In this document: positions 16,703 to 24,766 of the stretch, in pieces
Position numbering within the stretch: the first letter of the stretch is position 1
Layout: every line of letters starts with the position of its first letter
Assembly (NCBI GenBank): GCA_016191875.1
Contig: JACPVG010000004.1
Coordinates: forward strand, 1,832 to 65,831
Length of the DNA: 64,000 nucleotides
Direction of reading: 5' to 3'
Origin: Chloroflexota bacterium
GTDB lineage: Bacteria; Chloroflexota; Anaerolineae; Anaerolineales; UBA11579
Notes under the pieces: model-generated
Database searches by the model: none
The model's input: only the letters and a program-made list of their open reading frames with translations
What the model was told of the DNA's origin: nothing
Program-made: the position numbers and the translations under genes

Positions 16703-16945
16703 ATGAAGACTCAAAACATTACGCTGGCGATTGACCGAGAATTGCTCAAGAAGGCGAAGCTCTTGGCGGTGCGCAAGGATACCTCGCTCTCCGGCCTGCT
16801 GGCGCGGACGCTGGAAGCGATTGTGACCCAGGAAGAGGGCTTTGAAAGCGCCCGCCAGCGCAGCCTGGTGCAACTGGCGCGCGGGCTGAACCTGCAAACC
16901 AAAGGGCGCATTCGCTGGGGGCGCGAAAGTCTGCATGAGCGTTGA
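16703..16945 (+). CDS. vapB: VapB-like antitoxin (ribbon-helix-helix type)
   Basis: 80 aa. N-terminal ITLAIDRELLKKAKLLAVRKDTSLSGLL. Overlaps the downstream PIN gene by 11 nt. Confidence 0.6.
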   Translation: MKTQNITLAIDRELLKKAKLLAVRKDTSLSGLLARTLEAIVTQEEGFESARQRSLVQLARGLNLQTKGRIRWGRESLHER

Positions 16946-17369
16946 AACCATTCAGTTTGAATTTGTGGACACCAATATCCTCGTCTATGCGTTTGATAAC
17001 AGCGCAGGAAAGAAACGGGATGCAGCGCGGGCGTTGGTGGAGACTTTATGGCAGGAGCAGCGCGGCGCGCTGAGCGTGCAGGTTTTGCAGGAGTTCTATG
17101 TGACGCTGACCCGCAAACTGCCCCAACCGCTGCGCCCGGAGCAGGCCCGGCCGCTGATCGCTGACTTTGCTACCTGGAAGATCTACAGCCCAACGGCCGA
17201 AGATGTGCTGGCGGCGATTGACGTGCAGCAGGCGCATGGCGTCTCATTCTGGGATGCGATGATTTTGCAGGGCGCGCAGGCGTTGGGCTGCACGCAGGTG
17301 TGGTCAGAAGACCTGGCGCATGGGGAGATGTACGCCGGGGTGCAGGTGCTCAACCCGTTTGCGGGTTAG
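16935..17369 (+). CDS. vapC: PIN-domain ribonuclease toxin VapC
   Basis: FVDTNILVYA (first acidic residue), VLQEFY and FWDAMIL motifs. 144 aa. Confidence 0.8.
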   Translation: MSVETIQFEFVDTNILVYAFDNSAGKKRDAARALVETLWQEQRGALSVQVLQEFYVTLTRKLPQPLRPEQARPLIADFATWKIYSPTAEDVLAAIDVQQAHGVSFWDAMILQGAQALGCTQVWSEDLAHGEMYAGVQVLNPFAG

Positions 17370-17379
17370 AATCGCACCC

Positions 17380-18807
17380 ATGTCCGACTTGTTTGACTAT
17401 TCCATGAAGCAAAGCCTGAAGACCGAAGCGCCGCTCGCCGCGCGCATGCGGCCGCGCAACCTGGGCGAGTACATCGGCCAGGAGGAGATTCTGGGCGAGG
17501 GGCGGCTGCTGCGCCGCGCCATCGAGGCCGACCGGCTGTTCTCGTCCATCATCCTCTGGGGGCCGCCGGGGACAGGCAAAACCACGCTGGCCATGGTCAT
17601 CGCCGCGCACACCGAAAGCCACTTCGAGACCCTCTCTGCCGTGCTGGACGGCGTGGCGCGCCTGCGGGATGTGGTGAACGATGCCCTCGAACGCCGCAAA
17701 CTGTACACCAAGCGCACCATCCTGTTCGTGGACGAGGTGCATCGCTGGAACAAGGCCCAGCAGGACGCGCTGCTGCCGCACGTGGAGAACGGCACGGTCA
17801 CGCTCATCGGCGCGACGACCGAGAACCCCTACTTCGAAGTCAACAGCGCGCTGGTGTCGCGCTCGCGCGTCTTCCAACTGCGCCCCCTGCTGGATGCCGA
17901 CGTGGCCAAAATCCTCGCACAGGCCCTGGCGGATAAAGAGCGCGGGCTGGGTGGGTATACCGTGAACCTGCACAAGGATGCGGAGGAGCACCTGATTCAC
18001 GTGGCGGGCGGCGATGCCCGCAACGCGCTGAACGCCCTGGAACTGGCGGTGCTGTCCACCCCGCCGGACAAAGACGGCGTGGTGCAGGTGACGCTGACGG
18101 TGGCGCAGGAGAGCATCCAACGGCGGGCGGTGCTGTACGACAAGGACGGCGACGCCCACTACGACACGATTTCGGCGTTCATCAAGAGCGTGCGCGGCTC
18201 CGACCCGGATGCGGCCCTGTACTGGCTGGCGAAGATGCTGTACGCAGGGGAAGACCCGCGCTTCATCCTGCGCCGCCTCATCATCCTCGCCGGCGAGGAT
18301 ATCGGCCTCGGCGACCCGCTCGGCATGGTGGTGGCTTCGGCCGCCGCGCAGGCCTTTGACTATGTCGGCCTGCCGGAGGGCATCTACCCCCTGGTGCATG
18401 CCACCCTGTACCTGAGCACCGCGCCGAAGTCCAACACCGCCAGCGCCTATTTCAAGGCCTTCGAGAAAATCGAGAAAGACGGCTTGGTCGAAGTGCCCGA
18501 CCATTTGAAGGACGGCAACCGCGACGCCCGCGCCCTCGGCCACGGCGAAGGCTACGACTACCCGCACGCCTTCGAGGGCCACTACACCCCCCAGCAGTAC
18601 CTGCCCGACGAACTGCGCGGCACGTATTTCTATTTGCCGAGCGATCAGGGCTACGAGCAGCAAGTGACCGAGCGCCTAGAACGCTGGCGACGCGCCCAGC
18701 GGGCGGCCCTGGGCATCACGGAGACGGCCGAAATCCCCGACTTGAGCGAAGATGAGATCAAAGACATCAAGCAGCGCCACAAGCCGACCGGCGGCAAGGG
18801 CGGGTAG
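17380..18807 (+). CDS. rarA: Replication-associated recombination protein A (MgsA/RarA AAA+ ATPase)
   Basis: LAARMRPRNLGEYIGQEEILG, GPPGTGKTTLA, LFVDEVHRWNKAQQDALLP, GATTENPYFE. Confidence 0.9.
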   Translation: MSDLFDYSMKQSLKTEAPLAARMRPRNLGEYIGQEEILGEGRLLRRAIEADRLFSSIILWGPPGTGKTTLAMVIAAHTESHFETLSAVLDGVARLRDVVNDALERRKLYTKRTILFVDEVHRWNKAQQDALLPHVENGTVTLIGATTENPYFEVNSALVSRSRVFQLRPLLDADVAKILAQALADKERGLGGYTVNLHKDAEEHLIHVAGGDARNALNALELAVLSTPPDKDGVVQVTLTVAQESIQRRAVLYDKDGDAHYDTISAFIKSVRGSDPDAALYWLAKMLYAGEDPRFILRRLIILAGEDIGLGDPLGMVVASAAAQAFDYVGLPEGIYPLVHATLYLSTAPKSNTASAYFKAFEKIEKDGLVEVPDHLKDGNRDARALGHGEGYDYPHAFEGHYTPQQYLPDELRGTYFYLPSDQGYEQQVTERLERWRRAQRAALGITETAEIPDLSEDEIKDIKQRHKPTGGKGG

Positions 18808-18874
18808 AGATAGGAGTCGCACGAAAAAAGCCCAACCAGGGGTTCTAAGGGATACTTCGACTTGAAAATAATCC

Positions 18875-18928
18875 TGTCATTCCGAGCAAACCGACGCTGC
18901 GAAGCAGCGTTCGGTCAAGCGAGGAATC
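18875..18928. repeat. Solo copy of the 34-nt hairpin-repeat family with an extra hairpin inserted in its loop
   Basis: TGTCATTCCGAGC [AAACCGACGCTGCGAAGCAGCGTTCGGTC] AAGCGAGGAATC. Confidence 0.7.
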
Positions 18929-18993
18929 CCGTTCTACACCCTTCTTTCAGACCGGCCCACTGGTAATCGACCCCGACTCGCGACCCTTCGCTG

Positions 18994-19060
18994 GCAAATG
19001 CCGGAGGCATTTGCTTAGAGTTGGGGAAAGCCCAACTCCATTCGCTCAGGGTGACAAGCC
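18994..19060. repeat. Two-hairpin repeat element, copy 1
   Basis: GCAAATGCC-GGA-GGCATTTGC, then TAGAGTTGGG-GAAAG-CCCAACTCCAT. The homologous copy is at 40362-40410. Confidence 0.7.
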
Positions 19061-19104
19061 CTCAAATATCGGCATCCTTGCAGCAGAGCATGATGGAATA
19101 GCCT

Positions 19105-19536
19105 ATGGATTTTGAAGAATACAAACGCCGTTACTACGCCGACCCGCAACCCGCGCCGCGCTTCGCGTTTGAGGGCATCGCCGGCGTGGCGATCTATATA
19201 GAAGACTACGTTGCCGCCGTCCGCTTCTATACCGAAGTGCTCGGCCCACCTGCGTATATAGAAGGAGACAACACGCACGGCTGGCGCATCGGCGATGCCT
19301 GGTTGACCGTGTTCCCGGCCAGGGCCGGCGCGCCCGCCAACGTGGATGTCACCTTGATGATGCACTCGCCCGCCGCGGCGGAGGCGTTGCAGGCCGCTTT
19401 CCTCGCCGCCGGTGCCACCGGCCAGCCGCCCAGCAACCAGCTGATGTATGAACCCTTGCGCTATTGCGGCGTCACCGACCCCTTCGGCACCCAGATTCTC
19501 ATCGTAGCGCGTCTGGGGAATCAGTCAACGAGTTGA
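19105..19536 (+). CDS. VOC (glyoxalase/bleomycin-resistance) family protein
   Basis: 143 aa with paired beta-alpha-beta-beta-beta style sequence (GVAIYIEDYVAAVRFYTEVLG ... DPFGTQILIV). Confidence 0.7.
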   Translation: MDFEEYKRRYYADPQPAPRFAFEGIAGVAIYIEDYVAAVRFYTEVLGPPAYIEGDNTHGWRIGDAWLTVFPARAGAPANVDVTLMMHSPAAAEALQAAFLAAGATGQPPSNQLMYEPLRYCGVTDPFGTQILIVARLGNQSTS

Positions 19537-19590
19537 CGAGGCATGCGGCAACGCGGAATACTGACTTCAATAGCGCCGCTTCGACACCCA

Positions 19591-19622
19591 CAGACCACAA
19601 GACCACCCGACTTCAAGACTTC
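19591..19622. repeat. Phased 8-nt word tract (CAGACCAC AAGACCAC CCGACTTC AAGACTTC)
   Basis: Exact 8-nt register. Overlaps the stop codon of the ABM gene. Confidence 0.6.
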
Positions 19623-19951
19623 TCTTGCTTGTGCCCGTAGGCGCGCTCCACCCGCGCCACGCGGATTTCGTAATGCGAATACCATTCCTCGCGCCCGCGC
19701 TGCTGGGCTTCGCGGTGCTCGGCCACTTTCTTCCAGGCCCGCGCCGCCTCATCATCCACCCAGTAGGAGACCGTGATTTCCAACCCATCCGCCTGCTCCG
19801 CGGATTCATGTCCAAGGTAACCGGGCTGCTGCATCGCCAGCGCCACCATCGCGTCAGCGGTTGCGTCGTAACCCTGGTATTTCTTCGAACGGCGGGCGGT
19901 GAAAATCACCGCCGTGTAGGGCGGCTCCGGCAACTTCGCGATTCCATCCAT
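19613..19951 (-). CDS. Antibiotic-biosynthesis-monooxygenase (ABM) domain protein
   Basis: YTAVIFTARRS...GYLGHES...ITVSYWVDDEAARAWK pattern. AGGAG RBS. Confidence 0.75.
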   Translation of the reverse strand: MDGIAKLPEPPYTAVIFTARRSKKYQGYDATADAMVALAMQQPGYLGHESAEQADGLEITVSYWVDDEAARAWKKVAEHREAQQRGREEWYSHYEIRVARVERAYGHKQEKS

Positions 19952-20080
19952 TGAAATCTCCTGTTCTCGCCATCTTTCTCTACGCTTGACAGTATTCTAT
20001 TGCCTTTCTTTGCGCTCTTGGCAAGGCTATTCTTATCGCCCACTTTGCGTAAGATGTTTTCTTCCCCCCACTGATACAAT

Positions 20081-20120
20081 CCGACCACAAGACCACAAGA
20101 CCATTAGACTCCGGGACTCC
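20081..20120. repeat. Phased 8-nt word tract (CCGACCAC AAGACCAC AAGACCAT TAGACTCC GGGACTCC) abutting the start codon at 20121
   Basis: Five words in exact 8-nt register. Same word family as 19591-19622. Confidence 0.6.
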
Positions 20121-20741
20121 ATGACAACGCTCTACCTCGTTCGCCACGGTGAAAACGACTACGTCAAAAAGGGCAAACTGGCCGGCCGCCTGCCCGGCAT
20201 CCACCTCAACGACAAAGGCCGCGCCCAGGCCGCCGCGCTGGCCGCCTGGTTCAAGGAGAAACCGGTGAAGGCGGTGTACGCCAGCCCGCTGGAGCGCACC
20301 CTCGAGACCGCCGCGCCCATCGCCGCCGCGCTCGGCCTGAAGATCATCGAACGCCCCGGCCTGCTGGAGATGGAGATCGGCGACTGGACCGACAAGAGCC
20401 TCAAGCGCCTCGCCCTGCGCAAGGACTGGCGCATCGTCCAGCGCCACCCGTCGCGCTTCCAGTTCCCCAACGGCGAAACCTTCGCCGGCGCGCAGGCGCG
20501 CATCGCCGCAGAAATCGAATCGCTGGCCGCGCGTTACAAGAACCCCAAACATGCCATCGTCTGCGTCTTCCACAGCGACCCGATCAAGCTGGCGCTCTCG
20601 CACTTCCTCGGCCAGCCGCTCGACCTCTTCCAGCGCATCATCGTCGCCCCCGGTTCGGTCAGCGCCATCCATCTGGGGCCGGGCGGCGGGGCAGCGGTCT
20701 CGGCCGTGAACTTCGTCCCCCCGCCGGTCCCCGACGCGTGA
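20121..20741 (+). CDS. Histidine phosphatase superfamily protein (MSMEG_4193-type putative phosphomutase)
   Basis: LYLVRHGEN catalytic motif, followed by SPLERTLETA. Confidence 0.8.
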   Translation: MTTLYLVRHGENDYVKKGKLAGRLPGIHLNDKGRAQAAALAAWFKEKPVKAVYASPLERTLETAAPIAAALGLKIIERPGLLEMEIGDWTDKSLKRLALRKDWRIVQRHPSRFQFPNGETFAGAQARIAAEIESLAARYKNPKHAIVCVFHSDPIKLALSHFLGQPLDLFQRIIVAPGSVSAIHLGPGGGAAVSAVNFVPPPVPDA

Positions 20742-20763
20742 GCCTGTACCGCGCATCCTCCCT

Positions 20764-20791
20764 ATCACGTCTCACGTATCACGCATCCCAC
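20764..20791. repeat. Phased 7-nt word tract (TATCACG TCTCACG TATCACG CATCCCA)
   Basis: Lies in the spacer between the phosphomutase and DUF3090 genes. Confidence 0.5.
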
Positions 20792-20836
20792 AGGGGCCTT
20801 CCAGCCCGCCAGACCCCGAATGGTATACTCCCCCTG

Positions 20837-21394
20837 ATGGAGCAGCCGGTCGAGATTACCTTCAAGCCCGTCACGCATCTGACGGCCGACGCCATCGGCC
20901 CGCCCGGCCAGCGCGTCTTCTACCTCCAGGGCTGGAAAGGTGACCGCTCCGCCACCCTCATCATCGAGAAGTTCCAACTGCAGCAACTCGCCATCGGCGT
21001 CGAGCAGTTCCTGGCAGAGTTGAGCCAGCGCCTGCCCATGCTGGCGGGCGCCAGCAACGACTACCAAGAAGAGCGCATGCGCATCCACCCGCCGGTGGAG
21101 CCGCTCTTCCGCGTGGCCGAGTTCGGCCTGGCCTACGACCCGGAAGAAGACCTGATGGGCCTGATCGCCCGTGAGACCCCCAGCGCCACCCTGCTCGACC
21201 CCGAAGCCCAGCCCGAGACCGAAGAGCCCCCCGGCGGCGTCGTGCGCTTCTGGGGCACCCGCCACCAACTGCGCGCCCTCGTCCATTGGGGCATCGAACT
21301 CACCCAGCGCGGCCGCCCGCTGTGCGAACAGTGCGGCCAGCCCATGGACCCGGAAGGCCATTTCTGCGCCCGCAAGAACGGCCACCGGCGCTGA
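20837..21394 (+). CDS. DUF3090 family protein
   Basis: TADAIGPPGQRVFYLQG, FGLAYDPEEDL and a C-terminal CEQCGQPMDPEGHFCARKNGH zinc-knuckle-like tail. Confidence 0.7.
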   Translation: MEQPVEITFKPVTHLTADAIGPPGQRVFYLQGWKGDRSATLIIEKFQLQQLAIGVEQFLAELSQRLPMLAGASNDYQEERMRIHPPVEPLFRVAEFGLAYDPEEDLMGLIARETPSATLLDPEAQPETEEPPGGVVRFWGTRHQLRALVHWGIELTQRGRPLCEQCGQPMDPEGHFCARKNGHRR

Positions 21395-21410
21395 CCCACG
21401 GACTGCCGCC

Positions 21411-22148
21411 ATGCAGCCCGACGACCCCATCCTCCACCCCGAAACCCTGGCCGCCCTGCAAACCGGCGAGTTCACGGTGCAGGGTCAGTTCATGTGGGGC
21501 TCCAACCACACCTTCCTGGCCGATGTGGCCTGCGCGGGCCGCGCGCTCAAAGCCGTTTACAAACCCACCCTGGGCGAGCGGCCGCTGTGGGATTTCCCGG
21601 TCGAATCGCTGGCGGGGCGCGAGGTGGCCGCCTACCTGGTGAGCGAGGCGGGCGGCTGGCACATGGTGCCGCCCACCGTCTTCCGCGCCGACGGCCCGGC
21701 CGGGCGCGGGTCGCTCCAGCTCTACGTCGAGCATGACCCCGAACTGCACTACTTCAACTTCACGCCCGAGCAGCGCGCCCGCCTCATGCCGGTGGCGCTG
21801 TTCGACGCCGTAGTCAACAATACCGACCGCAAGGGCGGCCACGTGCTGGTGGGGCCGGACGAACGCTTCTGGCTCATTGACCACGGTATCTGCTTCCACG
21901 TCCAGCCCAAATTGCGCACCGTCATCTGGGACTTCGCCGGGCAGGCCATCCCGGAGGACGAGATCGAGCGCCTGAAAGCCCTGCGCACCCAGCTGGCCGG
22001 CGAGGCGAGCCTGCGCCGGGACCTGGAACCGCACCTCTCTGAAGCCGAGGTTGGCGCCACTCTGGCGCGCATCGACGCCTTGCTTGCCGCCCGCCGCTTC
22101 CCGCGCCCCACCAACGACCGCTACTCCTACCCCTGGCCGCCCGTATGA
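21411..22148 (+). CDS. SCO1664 family protein (PI3/PI4-kinase-like fold)
   Basis: GSNHTFLA, AVYKPTLGERPLWDFP, NNTDRKGGHVL, WLIDHGICFH. Confidence 0.7.
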   Translation: MQPDDPILHPETLAALQTGEFTVQGQFMWGSNHTFLADVACAGRALKAVYKPTLGERPLWDFPVESLAGREVAAYLVSEAGGWHMVPPTVFRADGPAGRGSLQLYVEHDPELHYFNFTPEQRARLMPVALFDAVVNNTDRKGGHVLVGPDERFWLIDHGICFHVQPKLRTVIWDFAGQAIPEDEIERLKALRTQLAGEASLRRDLEPHLSEAEVGATLARIDALLAARRFPRPTNDRYSYPWPPV

Positions 22149-22237
22149 AGAAAGTTCTGAGGTGTGGAAGTGCTGAAGCGCTACTTCTCCCCGTCGCCTC
22201 ATCCACTCGTTGACCCATTGACCCTTATAATCCCTTC

Positions 22238-23257
22238 ATGACCCACTACAAACTCGCCTTCATCGGCTTCGGCAACGTCGGCAAAGCGCTGGCGCGGCTG
22301 CTATTAGACAAGCAGGCCGAGATTCAGGAGAAGTACGGCATCACCTGGTCGGCGGTCGGCATCGCCACCGGCCGGCACGGCATGGCTCTCGACCCGGACG
22401 GCATCGACCTGGAAGCCGCCATCGCCGCCGCCGACCTGGGCGCTCTCTCGGCCCGTCCCGCCCCGGCCGGCATCCGCAACTTCATCAAGACCTGCAACGC
22501 AGACGTGCTGTTCGAGAACTCGCCGGTCTCCTACGCCGATGGCGAACCGGCTCTCGACCATTTGCGCGCCGCGCTGAGCGCCGGCATGCACGCCTTCACC
22601 GCCAACAAGGGGCCTGTGGTGCACGGCTACCACGAACTGCGCGCCCTGGCCGAAGAGAACGGCGTGCGCTTCTACCACGAATCGACCGTCATGGATGGAG
22701 CGCCGCTCTTCAGCACTTTCCGCGCCGCCCTGCCCGCCGCCCGTCTGCTGGCCTTCACCGGGGTCCTCAACTCCACCACCAACCTGATTCTCAGCCGCAT
22801 GGAGAACGGCGAATCGTTCGACGCTGCCGTGGCCTACGCCCAGCGCATCGGCATCGCCGAGACTGATCCGAGCGGCGACGTGGACGGCTGGGACGCGGCC
22901 ATCAAGGTCTCGGCGCTCGCCACCGTGCTGATGGATATCCCCCTCAAGCCGCAGGACGTGGAGCGGGCAGGCATCCGCGCCATCACCCCGGAACAGATCG
23001 CCGCCGCCCGCGTCGAAGGCAAACGCTGGAAACTGCTCTGCCGCGCCGAGCGCACGGCGGATGGGGTGAAAGCGAAGGTCGCCCCGGAAATGGTCGGCCC
23101 GGAAACGCCTTTCTACAACATCGAAGGCACCACCAGCATCGTCCAGTTCGAGACCGACGTGCTCGGCCTACTCTCCATCATCGAGGAGAACCCCGGCCCG
23201 CACACCACCGCCTACGGCCTGCTCGCCGATTTCCTCAATGCTGTGAGAGAAAAATAA
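22238..23257 (+). CDS. hom: Homoserine dehydrogenase family protein (no ACT domain)
   Basis: KLAFIGFGNVGKAL Rossmann N-terminus. Sequence is homoserine-dehydrogenase-like throughout. Confidence 0.65.
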   Translation: MTHYKLAFIGFGNVGKALARLLLDKQAEIQEKYGITWSAVGIATGRHGMALDPDGIDLEAAIAAADLGALSARPAPAGIRNFIKTCNADVLFENSPVSYADGEPALDHLRAALSAGMHAFTANKGPVVHGYHELRALAEENGVRFYHESTVMDGAPLFSTFRAALPAARLLAFTGVLNSTTNLILSRMENGESFDAAVAYAQRIGIAETDPSGDVDGWDAAIKVSALATVLMDIPLKPQDVERAGIRAITPEQIAAARVEGKRWKLLCRAERTADGVKAKVAPEMVGPETPFYNIEGTTSIVQFETDVLGLLSIIEENPGPHTTAYGLLADFLNAVREK

Positions 23258-23312
23258 AGGCCAACGCGTTCCAGTAGTCCTCGTAGCGGGCGATGGCCTT
23301 ATCCAGCACCCC
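23258..23312 (-). pseudogene. Short relic homologous to the interior of the M16 peptidase gene
   Basis: 50/55 nt identity to 39500-39554, including a 31-nt exact run (23282-23312 = 39524-39554). The minus-strand reading GVLDKAIARYEDYWNALAF compares with GVLDKAIARYGGYWNAMTY. Confidence 0.5.
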
Positions 23313-23351
23313 CGACTTCCCGACTTCCAGACCTCAAGACTTCCAAACTTG
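23312..23351. repeat. Phased 8-nt word tract (CCGACTTC CCGACTTC CAGACCTC AAGACTTC CAAACTTG)
   Basis: Exact 8-nt register. Same GACTTC word as at 19607-19622. Confidence 0.6.
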
Positions 23352-23353
23352 CC

Positions 23354-24766
23354 CTACGGCAGCCACTGCGGGCTGTAGGCGTTGCTCACCAGTTGCAGCA
23401 CCTCCCCCGTCCCGGGCTGGATCAGCACGATCTCCGGCGGCAGGGTCAGCGCCGCGGCATTGAAACGCACCGCCGCCAGCCAGGTTCCCTCCGGGTGCCA
23501 GACCAGCGCCGCGTGGCGGTTCTCCGGCGAGTTGGTCAGCGCTCGCAGTTCGCTGCCGTCCGGCCGCATCAGCCACACCTGGCGGCCGGTGGTAAAGCGG
23601 TCCTCGTCCAGGTAGCGGCGGGCGAAGGCCAGCCACAGGCCGTCGGGCGACCAGGCCGGGGCGGTATCTTCCAACACATCGGCCAGGGTCAGGTCACGGT
23701 ACGCGCCGCCATCGGCCGGGTAGCGCAGCAGGTGGCTGGTGAGCACCTGCACCCGGTCTTCGTTCTCCGGGTCGTCCGGCTGGTTGGCGAGTTCGCCGAT
23801 CGGCCCCTGCAGCGTCTCGGTCAATTGCACGAACAGTTCCGGCGCCACGAAGAACTCGCCCTCCGGCGACCAGGCGCCCTGTTCGCCTGTGCCGTTCGGG
23901 AAGCGCGCCAGCGCCGCGCCGTCCGTACCCATCAGTTGATAAGCCAGGTCGTCGGCGTCGTAGTACAGTAGGCCGCCCAGCGGTGACCATTGCGGCAGGC
24001 GGGCGCGGCCGTCCTCCGGGCTGATGCGCTGCGTCTCGCCGCTGTTCAGATCCAGCAGCCAGACCTCCAGCGCCTCCGAACTCAGGCCGCCGCGGTCAAG
24101 CAGGCGAGTGTAAGCCAGCCAGCCGCCGTCGGGCGACACCTGTACGCCCGCACACAGGTCGGCCCCGCAGTCCAGCAGCATTGCTGAACTCTCAGTCGCG
24201 CGCTGAACCACGTACAGGTCCGCGCCGCCCCGGCCGTTGCGCGCCGCATAATAGATGTGCTCCCCATCCGCCGCCGCATCGAAATCCAGCACCGCGGACC
24301 CGGCGGTCAACTGGCGCACGTTCCCGCTCTCCATGTCCAGCGCATACACCTGCGCCGGGCCGTCGGCCGGCCACAGGTAGGCCAGCTGTACCCGGCGGAT
24401 GGTGAATTGCCAGGAGTAGCCATCGCCCAGCCTCAGGCCGAGCGTTGAACGCGCCCCGGCCGCCAGGCGGATGGTCACCTGCGTGCCGCGCGGCCACGGG
24501 CTGGCGGGCGTAAAGGTCAGCCGCCGCTCGTCCGTCCACTCGAGTTCGCCGGAGACTTCCGGGCTGGCGCTGAAACGCTCTTCCACGCTGCCGGGTTCCA
24601 TCGGCTGGCTGAATTCCAGCGCCACCGCCGTCTGCGGGGCCAGGTCGGCCGCCCCGGCCTCGGGCGCAAAGGCGGCCAGGCGCGGGGCCAGGCGGGCATA
24701 CCCGGCCGCCAGGGCGACGGCCAGCAACAGGGGCAGGGCGAGTAACAGCCAGCGGCGGTTGCGCAT
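23354..24766 (-). CDS. Membrane-anchored TolB-like beta-propeller (PD40 repeat) protein with an N-terminal Ig-like domain
   Basis: N-terminal TM helix (RRWLLLALPLLLAVALAA). Repeated W/PD40-like segments (WSPDG, YVVQRA, SPDGGWLAY). Confidence 0.6.
   Translation of the reverse strand: MRNRRWLLLALPLLLAVALAAGYARLAPRLAAFAPEAGAADLAPQTAVALEFSQPMEPGSVEERFSASPEVSGELEWTDERRLTFTPASPWPRGTQVTIRLAAGARSTLGLRLGDGYSWQFTIRRVQLAYLWPADGPAQVYALDMESGNVRQLTAGSAVLDFDAAADGEHIYYAARNGRGGADLYVVQRATESSAMLLDCGADLCAGVQVSPDGGWLAYTRLLDRGGLSSEALEVWLLDLNSGETQRISPEDGRARLPQWSPLGGLLYYDADDLAYQLMGTDGAALARFPNGTGEQGAWSPEGEFFVAPELFVQLTETLQGPIGELANQPDDPENEDRVQVLTSHLLRYPADGGAYRDLTLADVLEDTAPAWSPDGLWLAFARRYLDEDRFTTGRQVWLMRPDGSELRALTNSPENRHAALVWHPEGTWLAAVRFNAAALTLPPEIVLIQPGTGEVLQLVSNAYSPQWLP

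Noticed and set aside
22210-22231. The duplicated TTGACCC motifs read as the -35 element of the hom promoter.
   Set aside because: Their spacers to the TATAAT box are 10 and 2 nt, and neither is functional spacing. Only the -10 is retained, for the leaderless hypothesis.
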